34,148 nucleotides of DNA from a virus (lineage: Duplodnaviria > Caudoviricetes): positions 1 to 34,148 of IMG/VR virus record IMGVR_UViG_3300037467_001799. One strand, given 5' to 3'. Each line of letters begins with the position of its first letter. Position 1 is the stretch's first letter. Shown one piece after another: positions 1 through 8,526 of this stretch. A program made the translations under genes and the position numbers. The notes under the pieces were generated by a model, which was not told the origin of the DNA, did not search any database, and worked only from the letters and a program-made list of their open reading frames with translations.

Positions 1-377
1 TCCTGGTAGTTGTCGCCCCGAACGAAGCGATCCCAGAGCACGCCGAGACGCACCCGGTTGACGCCACCCATCGCCTCCTTTGCCCGCTGGATGTGCGTCT
101 CCACGGTCTTGCTGGAGATGTTCAGGCCGGCCGCGATCTCGGCGTTTTCCTTCCCGGCAGCGATGGCGCCGACCACCGCGCAGCAGACGGGAGCCAGACC
201 CCAGGGGTTGACGATGTGGGGGAGATTGGCGTTCGGCCGGCGCTTGGACTTCTCTCGGCGGCGCAGTTGCTCCGGGCTGAGCACCTTGATCGGCTTGGGC
301 TCCTTGCGGCGCGGCGGGTGCGGATCTCCCGGCCGGTGCACCAGCGGGGTCATCAGGGCGGAGAAGAGGTTGTTCAT
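1..377 (-). CDS. LuxR-type HTH DNA-binding protein, 3' end outside the window
   Basis: Not in the ORF track; manual translation MNNLFSALMTP...AIAAGKENAEIAAGLNISSKTVETHIQRAKEAMGGVNRVRL matches the LuxR/GerE HTH pattern; ATGA overlap with upstream gene. Confidence 0.85.
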   Translation of the reverse strand, partial: MNNLFSALMTPLVHRPGDPHPPRRKEPKPIKVLSPEQLRRREKSKRRPNANLPHIVNPWGLAPVCCAVVGAIAAGKENAEIAAGLNISSKTVETHIQRAKEAMGGVNRVRLGVLWDRFVRGDNYQ

Positions 378-631
378 GCCTGCGGCTCCTCGACTATCAG
401 AGTGGCGCGAAAGATGCGCGGCAGCCGCACGGTGACAGTGCAGTGGTACCGCTGGCCTTCCCGCACATCGGCGAGCCGGACGCGCGGCGTCTTCTCGGTC
501 AGTGCGTACAGCCATCCAGCGTCATCCCGCAGAGCGGCCTGATGGAACTCCGGGATGACGGCGATGACGGTTGCCGTCACCTCGCGTGTTGGCTCGTTCG
601 GGTCGGTGGTGAGCCCGCTCAAGTCGTTCAT
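374..631 (-). CDS. hypothetical phage protein
   Basis: GGAGCAAGCC-ATG start, ATGA overlaps at both ends. Confidence 0.75.
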   Translation of the reverse strand: MNDLSGLTTDPNEPTREVTATVIAVIPEFHQAALRDDAGWLYALTEKTPRVRLADVREGQRYHCTVTVRLPRIFRATLIVEEPQA

Positions 632-921
632 GGCTTGCTCCATCGATGCGCGCAGGTCATGGCTGCCTCGCCGTCTTCAAGCACCCGCCGCTCCTCACTC
701 AGCTTCCGACGCCACTGCGAGGGATAGAAGCAGTACGCCATCGGAATTGCGATGAATCCTCTGCTGTCCTCGTGCTGCATGCTGACGTGCCAAAGCTTTC
801 CGCAGTCGGAGCGCCGAACGTCGGTGACGCGAACTGCCCGACCGCTGTTCATGCTTCGCCATACCTGCCCAGGCTGCGGGTCCGGGTAGTCGGTTCCTAG
901 AAGTCTGCGGAGCCACTTCAT
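628..921 (-). CDS. hypothetical phage protein (MKWLRRLLG...PQPGQVWRS)
   Basis: GAGG RBS, ATGA overlaps. Confidence 0.75.
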   Translation of the reverse strand: MKWLRRLLGTDYPDPQPGQVWRSMNSGRAVRVTDVRRSDCGKLWHVSMQHEDSRGFIAIPMAYCFYPSQWRRKLSEERRVLEDGEAAMTCAHRWSKP

Positions 922-933
922 GGCTGCCTCGCC
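657..933. repeat. 16-bp direct repeat TCATGGCTGCCTCGCC at 657-672 and 918-933
   Basis: Identical copies read directly; minus strand GGCGAGGCAGCCATGA = RBS plus start/stop junction. Confidence 0.85.
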
Positions 934-1271
934 TCCCCGAACCCGGTGCGCCACTGGGCGCAGTAGTTGATCCGAGCGCAGGTCGTTTCCTGGCAGCACT
1001 CGCCGCAGGCGCGGAGCTCGCGCACCGTGATCGCCAAGGGCACCGGCGGTTCGTTCACGTGGATCACCTTGCACGCGTAATCCACTCGGACGGCGGTGAC
1101 TGCCACCAGCTCCGACACCGGCTCTCCGAACATGTGCCGCACTGGATGCGAGATCACCCGCATCACCAGAGCCATGTCATCCACCCAGAGGAAGTCCTTG
1201 GTGATGTCCTTCCCGGTGGCGTCGTCCACCACCGTGAAGTCGGCGTAGCCGTTGTAGTGGGTCATGAGCAT
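918..1271 (-). CDS. hypothetical protein with Cys-rich C-terminus
   Basis: AAGGAG RBS before ATG 1271; CGECC...C...C. Confidence 0.7.
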   Translation of the reverse strand: MLMTHYNGYADFTVVDDATGKDITKDFLWVDDMALVMRVISHPVRHMFGEPVSELVAVTAVRVDYACKVIHVNEPPVPLAITVRELRACGECCQETTCARINYCAQWRTGFGEARQP

Positions 1272-1567
1272 GGCGTCGTCTCCTTGCTGGGCACCCACTC
1301 CAGCGTCTGGTCTCGGGCGTCGTCGCCGGGGTCGCGGATGGGGCGCAGCTCTGACTCGAGACAGAAGGGCGTGGTCACTGGCCCAGTGCTGCTGTGCGTG
1401 ATCCAGCCAATCAATGGCGCCTGCCCTTGGACCTCCACCTTCCATGCAACCTGTCCGGGGTACTTCCAACTTTCACGGAACCAAAGGCAACGCACGATGC
1501 GCCCCTCGTTTTGACGGAACTCGTGTCCATCCACGATCACCGCCAGATCACCCGGTTTGCAGTTCAT
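1262..1567 (-). CDS. hypothetical phage protein (MNCKPGDLA family)
   Basis: Recurrent phage N-terminus MNCKPGDLAVIV and LRPIRDP motif; ATGA overlap. Confidence 0.8.
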   Translation of the reverse strand: MNCKPGDLAVIVDGHEFRQNEGRIVRCLWFRESWKYPGQVAWKVEVQGQAPLIGWITHSSTGPVTTPFCLESELRPIRDPGDDARDQTLEWVPSKETTPCS

Positions 1568-2088
1568 GACTCACTCCCGATCGGTGTTGCGTTGAGGTGC
1601 TCCAGCGCCCAGCGCGCGGCGCGGCGGAATTTCTCGGGCTCGCCCGGGTCGGCGGCCACCTGCCTCCAAGCCAGCACCTGCCGGGCGTGGGCAGTCATGA
1701 ACGCCACTTCGGTCACAGCCGCCAGCGCGCCGCCCGTGTCCAGCCACCGATGGCATGCCGCGCAGCCCCACACCGAGTAGTGGTCGTCTGCCTTGCGGGA
1801 CTTACCCTTGCCGTGGATCGACAGGTTGGAGTGGCAGGCGACCGTGCTGTCGATTCGGTGGTTGCAGATGCCCGGGATCAGCAGCAAGCAGGGGCGGCCG
1901 GCTGCCATCGCCAGCAGCGCCGGGCAGCGCTTCGGCTCGGTCTTGGGTGCCGCAGCCGTCGTCCCGCCGGTGTACGTACCCGGGTGCAGGGACCGCGCCG
2001 GCACGGTGGCCAGCGCCTGCAGGTTCGCGGCGCGCTCGGCAGCCCTCTGGGCTTGGCGCTGTTCGGCAGTTGGGCGGGCGAACGCCAC
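1564..2088 (-). CDS. DUF1364 (YbcO-like) Zn-binding putative nuclease
   Basis: C..IPGICNH...TVACH...K.DD...WGCAACH.WLD. Confidence 0.8.
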   Translation of the reverse strand: MAFARPTAEQRQAQRAAERAANLQALATVPARSLHPGTYTGGTTAAAPKTEPKRCPALLAMAAGRPCLLLIPGICNHRIDSTVACHSNLSIHGKGKSRKADDHYSVWGCAACHRWLDTGGALAAVTEVAFMTAHARQVLAWRQVAADPGEPEKFRRAARWALEHLNATPIGSES

Positions 2089-2092
2089 AGCG

Positions 2093-2335
2093 TCAGTCCT
2101 TCTTGGAGTTCGCCGTCGCGTGCACGCTGGGCAGCAGCAAGCCGCGCAGCGACGAGAGCAGCCACAGCAGGCCGAACACGTGCCAGAACGGCAGGTCCAG
2201 GTACACCGGCGGCAGCCAGTAGAAGTAGATCGGAGCCAGCCAGTTCCACAGCAGGTAGACCGGGATCGCGATGAAGAAGCAGATGCAGGCCGCCATCAGC
2301 CAGCCGACGACGGGGATCATGTTCAGGACGTTCAT
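2093..2335 (-). CDS. small membrane protein
   Basis: 80 aa, two hydrophobic aromatic-rich segments, directly after SPFH gene. Confidence 0.75.
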   Translation of the reverse strand: MNVLNMIPVVGWLMAACICFFIAIPVYLLWNWLAPIYFYWLPPVYLDLPFWHVFGLLWLLSSLRGLLLPSVHATANSKKD

Positions 2336-2344
2336 GGCGCGCCC

Positions 2345-3250
2345 CTACTTCCCGACCTGCAGGAACGGCACCGGCGCGCCCGCGTAGATCGCCTGCGGCA
2401 GCTTGCCGTCCCACTTCTGCGCCTTCGCTTGTTCCACCTCGATGCGGCGCAACTCCAGCACGTCCTTGTTCTGCGCCAGGGCTGCGTTCTGCACGCGCAG
2501 GGCCTCGGCTTGCGCCTGGGCCACCTTCAGGTTGGCGTACGCCTCGCCGTCCGCCTTGGCCCGCAGCGCGGTTGCTTCGGCTTCGGCAATCGCGACTTTC
2601 TGCTTCTGCTCGGCTGCCACCGTCAGCGCCTTCTTCTCGGCCGCCTGCAGGAGCTGGTCCTGCGTCGTCTTGGCGTTGATCGCCGCCATGTACTCCTTGG
2701 CGAACGAGAAGTTGCGCATGTCGATGTTGATCACCTGCGCGCCGTACAGCGCAAGCTTGGCCCGCACCGCCGTACTGATGTCGCTGGAGACCTGCGCGCG
2801 CTTGGAGATGAGGTCCGGGGCGGTGTAGCGCGCGGTCACGGCCTTCAGACTCTCCTGCGCCGCCGTCTGCACATAGCTGGCGAGGTTGCCGTCGCGGCTG
2901 TACCGTTCGAACACTTCCGCGACCTTGTCGGTCTGGATGCTGTAGCGAACCGTCATCGACACCTGCACCGGCTGCGTGTCGCTGGTGGAGCCCTCGGCGT
3001 TCTCGATGCTCGCTTCCTCGGCGCGCACGTTGAAGTTCGTCATGCTCTGCCACGGTGGCAGCAGCACCAGGCCCTCGGGCTCGATGCCCTTGATGGCGCC
3101 GAACTGCGTGACCACGCCGCGGTAGCCGGTCGGCACGACGTGGAACGGCCACAGCGTCACGAACAGGATCAGCGCCAGCACGCATGCTGCGGCCGCGCCT
3201 ACTGTCTTGGGCAGGTTCAGGTTTCCTCGGTCATCGGTGAACTTCAGCAC
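2345..3250 (-). CDS. SPFH/prohibitin (band 7) family protein
   Basis: N-terminal TM, VPTGYRGVVTQFG, AEA-rich coiled coil, KWDGKLP C-terminus. Confidence 0.92.
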   Translation of the reverse strand: MLKFTDDRGNLNLPKTVGAAAACVLALILFVTLWPFHVVPTGYRGVVTQFGAIKGIEPEGLVLLPPWQSMTNFNVRAEEASIENAEGSTSDTQPVQVSMTVRYSIQTDKVAEVFERYSRDGNLASYVQTAAQESLKAVTARYTAPDLISKRAQVSSDISTAVRAKLALYGAQVINIDMRNFSFAKEYMAAINAKTTQDQLLQAAEKKALTVAAEQKQKVAIAEAEATALRAKADGEAYANLKVAQAQAEALRVQNAALAQNKDVLELRRIEVEQAKAQKWDGKLPQAIYAGAPVPFLQVGK

Positions 3251-3262
3251 GCGTCTTCTCCT

Positions 3263-3604
3263 TCAGGATTGCGCAGCGGGAACCGCCGCCGCTTCGGGGT
3301 TGAGATCGATTCCGTCGTCCGCCAGGTCGATCACCTCCATCCCCAGCTGCGTGGCGATGTGGTGCTCCAGCGTGGCGCCGCGGCTGTTCTTCCAGCCTGC
3401 GAGCATTGCGATGGCGTCGCATGTCACGAGCTGGGCGATGTCGGCACGCATGCAGGTCGCCCAGCCCATCGACGGGTCGACGTTGATCTCGGCCGGGTTC
3501 ACCACGTCGAAGCCGGCGGCGCGAAGACGGGCGGCAGCGGCGTGGAAGGCCGGGAAGTTCAGTTGGTGAATCCCGGTCATCGGGCCGGCGATGTACAGAC
3601 GCAT
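3263..3604 (-). CDS. DUF4406 (nucleoside deoxyribosyltransferase-like fold) protein
   Basis: MRLYIAGPMTG...NFPAF...VVNPA...CDAI.ML.GW..S.GA.LE; TGATG overlap. Confidence 0.88.
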   Translation of the reverse strand: MRLYIAGPMTGIHQLNFPAFHAAAARLRAAGFDVVNPAEINVDPSMGWATCMRADIAQLVTCDAIAMLAGWKNSRGATLEHHIATQLGMEVIDLADDGIDLNPEAAAVPAAQS

Positions 3605-3972
3605 CAGGCGTTCCCCTTTCCCTTGGCGGCGGCGCTCATCTCGCGGATGCGCTCCGCCAGGCGCTGCATCTCTTCGCCGACTCGCTTGTATTCGAGGGCT
3701 GATCGCGGGTTCGCCGTCAGCCTCAGCATCCCGACGCCGGGGCGGTTGCGACGGCCGCTGTTGATCGCGTGAATCAGGTTCTTGTGCTGCGCCTTGGACG
3801 TGATCTTGAGCACCTGCTTCAGGAGCCGGTGCTTGCGCTGCAGCCGGGACCACAGGTAGAGCAACTCTTCGCGCGTGAGATCCCCATCGGGCGCCGGGTT
3901 GCGCGGCGACGAAACGACGCGCGCGGCCGTGTGATTGATCGGGGCAGACGTCAGGATGCGATCGAGGTTCAT
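3604..3972 (-). CDS. hypothetical basic protein
   Basis: MNLDRILTSAP; overlaps at both ends. Confidence 0.7.
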   Translation of the reverse strand: MNLDRILTSAPINHTAARVVSSPRNPAPDGDLTREELLYLWSRLQRKHRLLKQVLKITSKAQHKNLIHAINSGRRNRPGVGMLRLTANPRSALEYKRVGEEMQRLAERIREMSAAAKGKGNA

Positions 3973-4493
3973 TGGTCGAACTCCGCCAGCAGCGTCTCCA
4001 GCATCTCGCTGCGCTGCGTTTCCTTGAGGTGTGGCCAAAGGGCCTTTTGGGCGTGGGCGGTGCGCAGGAACACGACCATCGCGTCGTGCACCTCGCGCAT
4101 CTGGTCTTCGTCGCACTCGGCGTAGCTGGTGGACTTGGGGATGGGCACGATCCCGCCCTTGGGGCCCGGCAGCCAGTCGCACCAGCCGGCGCCGATCTTC
4201 AGCCACTGCCGGAACGGCTCGAACTGCGCGAACCGCTCCTGGTGGTCGAACACGCGCTGCTCCAGCGCCATGTGGAAGCGGTGGAACTTGCCCGACCGCG
4301 GCTGGTTGAAGATCAGCCGGAACATCTCGCCGATCTCGGCCTTGTTGACGCGCCCCCAGAGCCGGCGCCAAAGGGCCTTGCCCTGCTTGCCGTGGCCGTC
4401 CACCGTCTCGAACAGGAACTTGCGCACCGCCGCCTTCTCGGCTTCGGTGAAGCCCTCCAGGCTGGCCTGCTTGACGAGCATGACTTCGCTCAT
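3969..4493 (-). CDS. DUF1367 family protein
   Basis: PRSGKFHR...FRQWLKIGAG...PKSTSYAECDE. Confidence 0.8.
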   Translation of the reverse strand: MSEVMLVKQASLEGFTEAEKAAVRKFLFETVDGHGKQGKALWRRLWGRVNKAEIGEMFRLIFNQPRSGKFHRFHMALEQRVFDHQERFAQFEPFRQWLKIGAGWCDWLPGPKGGIVPIPKSTSYAECDEDQMREVHDAMVVFLRTAHAQKALWPHLKETQRSEMLETLLAEFDQ

Positions 4494-4606
4494 AGCCCGA
4501 TGTCGAACGGATCGCCCCAAGCCGACCAGATGGACAGCCACAGAGCCCAGAAGCGGTACAGGAGGGTGCGGCGCTCGGCCGCCGCTTCAAGCTCGGCGTC
4601 GGTCAT
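4490..4606 (-). CDS. 38-aa hypothetical protein
   Basis: GGAGGAG RBS, ATGA overlaps. Confidence 0.6.
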   Translation of the reverse strand: MTDAELEAAAERRTLLYRFWALWLSIWSAWGDPFDIGL

Positions 4607-4830
4607 TGCGTCTCCTCCTTCGCCGCCCTCTTCTCCAGCGCGCGGCGCACCCAGGAGCCGAGGATCACGAGCCAGCACAAGGCGCATAGGACAGCGGCAA
4701 AAATGCTCTCTGCCGTGTCAGGCGCCTTGAACTCAAAGATGGGAGCAGCCAAGGCCACGCCCCAGATCACGGCCGTGGGATCGCCTAGGCCGCGCAGGAA
4801 ACCGAGCCAGAACGCGCGCCAGTCCATCAC
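4603..4830 (-). CDS. small membrane protein
   Basis: Two hydrophobic segments, coupled to neighbours. Confidence 0.65.
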   Translation of the reverse strand: MMDWRAFWLGFLRGLGDPTAVIWGVALAAPIFEFKAPDTAESIFAAVLCALCWLVILGSWVRRALEKRAAKEETQ

Positions 4831-5036
4831 GCCACCGCCGCCGGCTTGCAGGCCCGGAACAGCCGGAACGCCAGCCGAGCGTCAACGCCGCTCTGATCCG
4901 GCACGTCCTGCAGGTTCTTCGGCTTTCGCTTCCAGTGCGGGGACAGCCGCAGGCCTGCGTCCTGCTCCTGCTTCTCCGACACCGCTTCTCCGCTCTGCTT
5001 GGCAGCGCGGACCTTCAGGGCTTGGGCGAGCTTCAT
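4827..5036 (-). CDS. hypothetical protein
   Basis: GGGAG RBS, GTGA overlap downstream. Confidence 0.65.
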   Translation of the reverse strand: MKLAQALKVRAAKQSGEAVSEKQEQDAGLRLSPHWKRKPKNLQDVPDQSGVDARLAFRLFRACKPAAVA

Positions 5037-5039
5037 GAA

Positions 5040-5945
5040 TCACGACTCCCAACCTTGGATGAGGGATGAGACCTTCCGGCCGATCTCGCGGTACTGTTTC
5101 GCCTGGATCAGCACCAACACCTCCTTGGGGTGGTACTTCGCCATGCGTTTCAGGGTGGTCCGGCTGCGGTCGTCCATCCAGCCCTTGACCTCGTGCCACT
5201 GCACGCTGCCATCCCGGTTCACCACCCTGAAGTCGGGCAGGTAGCTGACGCAGCCGCGGCGGATACCATCGAACCAGAACGTGTGCGCCTCGTGCTCCCA
5301 CGACTGGATCTCGCCCAACGTGCGGAGCCATTCGAGGTAACGGGCATAGTTCGCCTCCCAGCGAGACCGGAAGTAGCAGCGCTGGGGGCCGACCTGGCGC
5401 CAGCCAGCCTTCCAACTGCCATGCGGCGGCGGCTTCACGCCGGCTTCTCGGCGCCCTTGGGCCTGCCGGAGGATCGCCGCGTCCCGCTGGTCAGTGGTCA
5501 GCGAACCCCAATGCGCTTTCGACTTCTGGCCGATGACGGCCTTTGCCTCCGGCGTGTGCTTCATGCCCAGCGCTCCGCGCGGATGGCCCTTGGTGGCAAT
5601 GCGCTCCTTCGTCCGGATCCCCATGGCGGCGATCTGCTCGGGGGTCGGTGCGAGCTTGCCTGCGGCGTGCATCTCGCGGATCAAGATCGCCTGATCTGGT
5701 CTCTTTCGGCCGCGCAGCTTGTCCGCGTGCTCCGCCTGCTTGCGCTTCCACGCTTCGCTCACGCCGGCTGCCTTCAGCCCGAGCTGGCTTGCCTTGTAGC
5801 GGATGGCGCCGGTTGGGCGCGCGAGATGCTGCGCGCACCACTGCAACCCTTTCGCAGGGTAGAACTCGGTGAGCCAAGCCACCTCCGCCTCGGTCCAGCG
5901 GGGCGCCTTTCCTTCCGGTCGACCGGGGACGAAGAACTCGACCAT
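5040..5945 (-). CDS. PD-(D/E)XK endonuclease (DUF1064/TnsA-N-like) with HTH and NUMOD3-like DNA-binding motifs
   Basis: FRSRWEANYA, YLPDF, HEVKG; WTEAEVAWLTEFYP; GMKHTPEAKAVIG; TGATG overlap with helicase. Confidence 0.8.
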   Translation of the reverse strand: MVEFFVPGRPEGKAPRWTEAEVAWLTEFYPAKGLQWCAQHLARPTGAIRYKASQLGLKAAGVSEAWKRKQAEHADKLRGRKRPDQAILIREMHAAGKLAPTPEQIAAMGIRTKERIATKGHPRGALGMKHTPEAKAVIGQKSKAHWGSLTTDQRDAAILRQAQGRREAGVKPPPHGSWKAGWRQVGPQRCYFRSRWEANYARYLEWLRTLGEIQSWEHEAHTFWFDGIRRGCVSYLPDFRVVNRDGSVQWHEVKGWMDDRSRTTLKRMAKYHPKEVLVLIQAKQYREIGRKVSSLIQGWES

Positions 5946-7678
5946 CACCAGGCCCCTTTCGTCAGTCGCTCGAAGTACAGGCCCGTGACCCGGTCCCAGC
6001 GCATGTGCACCACGCCGACCTGGCCGTACAGCTTGAACTTCACCTTCTGGATGTGGATCTCGACGAAGCCGTTCGGGTCGGTCGGGTTCGCGTAGACCGC
6101 GATGCAGTTGTCCGCCTTGTTGCGCCACATGGCGCCGCCACTGATGTCGTACGGAGTCGGCACCGGGTAGGAGCCGTCCGCCTTCTTCTCGAGCAGCTTC
6201 GGGTGCGCCACCACGATCACCAGCAATTCGTGCTTGCGGGCGAACTGGCGCAGCCGCCGCAGGCTGTCGCTCACGTACTCGGCCTCGGTCATGCCGGCCG
6301 GGCGCATGTGCTCCAGCTCGTTCCACGGGTCGATCACCAGGCACCGGACCCCGCGGCGGAACACCAGCGCGCGGGCGCGGTCCATGACTTCGTCGAGGCT
6401 GGGCTTCTCAGGCATCAGCCAGGAGAAGTGCTGGTTGATCCAGTCCTTCGCGGATGACGCCTCCGCCTTCGTCATGCGCTCGTTCGGCCCGGGGTTGTAC
6501 GGCTTGCGGACGTACTTCTCGGCCAGCTTCATCATGTGCAGCTTCACCGGGTAGTTCTCCGGGCTGTACATGGTGGTGTGCCAGCCGTGGTCCAGCGCTA
6601 GGTTCACGCACAGCGCATCGACCCACTCGGACTTGCCGTGGCCCGGGATGCCAGTCACCACGACGAGCTGGCCAGCCTGGATGCGCCAGTTGCGGTCGAC
6701 GCACTCCCAGCCGGTCGTCAGGCCATTGGGCACGCCCTCGTCGTACATCCGCAGGAATTCGTCAGCGAAGTCCTGCGCGCCGAACACACCCACGATCGGC
6801 ACCGGCTCCGCGGCCTCGATCCGCTCGCGGAGCGTGATCGGCCCGAACTGCATCAGGACATCGTTGGCGTCCTTGCAGCCATCCGGCCAGGACGCGATCA
6901 GGCACTTCTCGGCGCCGAAGCGGCGCACTAGCTCGTCCTGCAGGCGCTGCCCGGGCGCGTCGTTGTCGACCGCGATCACCCAGCGCTCGACCTTCTGCAG
7001 CCGCTCGTCGTCCAGGTAGTCGAACTTGGACTCGAGGTTCTTCGTGTTCGGCGCCGGCGCGCCGTCAGGCACGCTGACGCAGTTGGTCAGGCCCGCGACC
7101 TCCACCGCCAGCTTGTCCATCTCGCCTTCCACGATCACGGTGGTGCTCGAGATGTCGTCGTAGCCGTACAGCAGCCGCTCGGCACCCGTGGCCATGCGGA
7201 AGTTCTTGTCCCGGTCGCGGTACTTGCAGTTGATGACCTCGCCGCCGCGCAGGTACGGGTAGGCAATGGCCGTGACCTCGGATCCGACCTGCGGCATGTA
7301 CACGCGCGAAGTGGTCACGCGGTTGCGCTCGAGCACGGCCGGCGTGATGCCGCGGCCGGCGAACCACTCCAGCGCCGCGGCATTCAGGCCGGCGGCCTTG
7401 ACCTCCGGCCGGACGTACGCCTTGGGCTTGTCGGCTTGCACGCGCGCCGGCGCCGGCCGCGACGGAGCCTGGCGGGAAGCGCTGCGCCCGTCACTCGCCT
7501 TGCCGGCCCATCCGCAGTGCCAGCAATTCCAGATCCCGTCCTCGAGGTTGACGTTCAGGCACTTCTGCGTCGCCTTCTTGCGGGTGTGGCTGCACTTCGG
7601 GCAGGTGGTCTTGACCTCGGGGCCGCCGTGCGCCGTCGACACGTCGATGCCTTCGGCCATGAAGTCGAATCCGCTCAC
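5945..7678 (-). CDS. bifunctional primase-helicase (T7 gp4/Twinkle-like)
   Basis: Zn finger CPKC...CWHC, TOPRIM VEGEMD and DND, Walker A GIPGHGKS, VIDP, VVAHP, ADN; GTGA overlap. Confidence 0.92.
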   Translation of the reverse strand: MSGFDFMAEGIDVSTAHGGPEVKTTCPKCSHTRKKATQKCLNVNLEDGIWNCWHCGWAGKASDGRSASRQAPSRPAPARVQADKPKAYVRPEVKAAGLNAAALEWFAGRGITPAVLERNRVTTSRVYMPQVGSEVTAIAYPYLRGGEVINCKYRDRDKNFRMATGAERLLYGYDDISSTTVIVEGEMDKLAVEVAGLTNCVSVPDGAPAPNTKNLESKFDYLDDERLQKVERWVIAVDNDAPGQRLQDELVRRFGAEKCLIASWPDGCKDANDVLMQFGPITLRERIEAAEPVPIVGVFGAQDFADEFLRMYDEGVPNGLTTGWECVDRNWRIQAGQLVVVTGIPGHGKSEWVDALCVNLALDHGWHTTMYSPENYPVKLHMMKLAEKYVRKPYNPGPNERMTKAEASSAKDWINQHFSWLMPEKPSLDEVMDRARALVFRRGVRCLVIDPWNELEHMRPAGMTEAEYVSDSLRRLRQFARKHELLVIVVAHPKLLEKKADGSYPVPTPYDISGGAMWRNKADNCIAVYANPTDPNGFVEIHIQKVKFKLYGQVGVVHMRWDRVTGLYFERLTKGAW

Positions 7679-8526
7679 AGTGCGACCCCCCTCGATCCCC
7701 ACTGCGACGCGGCGTCGCCGGCTTCGTCCTTCCAGCGACCTTCGTTCAGCCAGGTCGACGGATGCGGGATGTACTGCCCGCCGTTGCGCACCCACTGCGG
7801 ATCCGTGCGCTGACGCTCGATCGCCCCCAGCATCTGCTGCAGCAGTTCCTCGGACACCTTGCGCTTGTCGAACGCCTTGCGCGCGGCGTCCTTGCCGACC
7901 TTCCGCGGGTACGCCACCCAGAACCGATCGAAGCGCGTGGGCCCGGCCTCCGGCGGCGGCGCCGACGAAGGATATTCATACGTAGGAGTTGGAGACGGAG
8001 ACGGAGACGGAGACGGAGACGGAGCAGTGCTGTGCTCCGGTTCGTGCATGCTAGTAGCATGCTGCGTGTCGCGCTCAGCATTGCCGCCAGGACTGCCACT
8101 AGCATTGCTAGCAGCAAGCCGCTCAGCACGCACAGCAGCGTACTCTGGCACTTGTCGATCAGCCTCAGCAGCCCCGTGGTGGCGGCGCACCGCGTTCCAC
8201 CTGGCCTTCGCAGAGCGTTGCTCGGCTCCGGCCGCCCACGGGTTGTGCTCCGACCAGTCGTGCAGGCTGTAGCTGTCGTCCTCACCGTCCAGGAAGCGCA
8301 CGGCGACCAGAGCCTGCACGAAGGCGCCCTCCTCCCCCGCCCAGTCGGCCGCGATCTCGATGTCCTCCGCAGACATGCCGGAGAGATCGCCATCCGAGCG
8401 GTTTGCCGCGGCCCACAGGAACAGGCACACCAGGTTCCAGCCGGCGGCCTGCCCCAACTTGCGGAGCAGCTTCTTGGTCTTGGGATGGGCCGGCAAGCCA
8501 GCCGAGATGCGCGCGTCGGTGGCCAT
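7675..8526 (-). CDS. replication initiator (lambda O-like position)
   Basis: HPKTKKL N-terminal wHTH-type region, PS linker, FDRFWVAYPRKVGK...YIPHPSTWLNEGRW. Confidence 0.85.
   Translation of the reverse strand: MATDARISAGLPAHPKTKKLLRKLGQAAGWNLVCLFLWAAANRSDGDLSGMSAEDIEIAADWAGEEGAFVQALVAVRFLDGEDDSYSLHDWSEHNPWAAGAEQRSAKARWNAVRRHHGAAEADRQVPEYAAVRAERLAASNASGSPGGNAERDTQHATSMHEPEHSTAPSPSPSPSPSPTPTYEYPSSAPPPEAGPTRFDRFWVAYPRKVGKDAARKAFDKRKVSEELLQQMLGAIERQRTDPQWVRNGGQYIPHPSTWLNEGRWKDEAGDAASQWGSRGVAL
7991..8024. repeat. (GGAGAC)x5 tandem repeat encoding a PS linker
   Basis: Read directly. Confidence 0.9.
8046..8170. other. putative replication origin (AGCA/TGCT iteron cluster)
   Basis: Palindromes GCATGCTA-G-TAGCATGC (8046-8062) and CTAGCA-T-TGCTAG (8099-8111) plus further AGCA units mid-initiator gene. 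Confidence 0.6.

Noticed and set aside
1793-3772. 659-aa plus-strand ORF and other long antisense ORFs (3972-4730, 14801-15910, 16444-17643, 20985-22052)
   Set aside because: Shadows of real genes on the opposite strand caused by high-GC codon bias; no motifs.
7991-8024. Phase-variable repeat
   Set aside because: The 6-bp unit keeps frame and encodes an ordinary PS linker.
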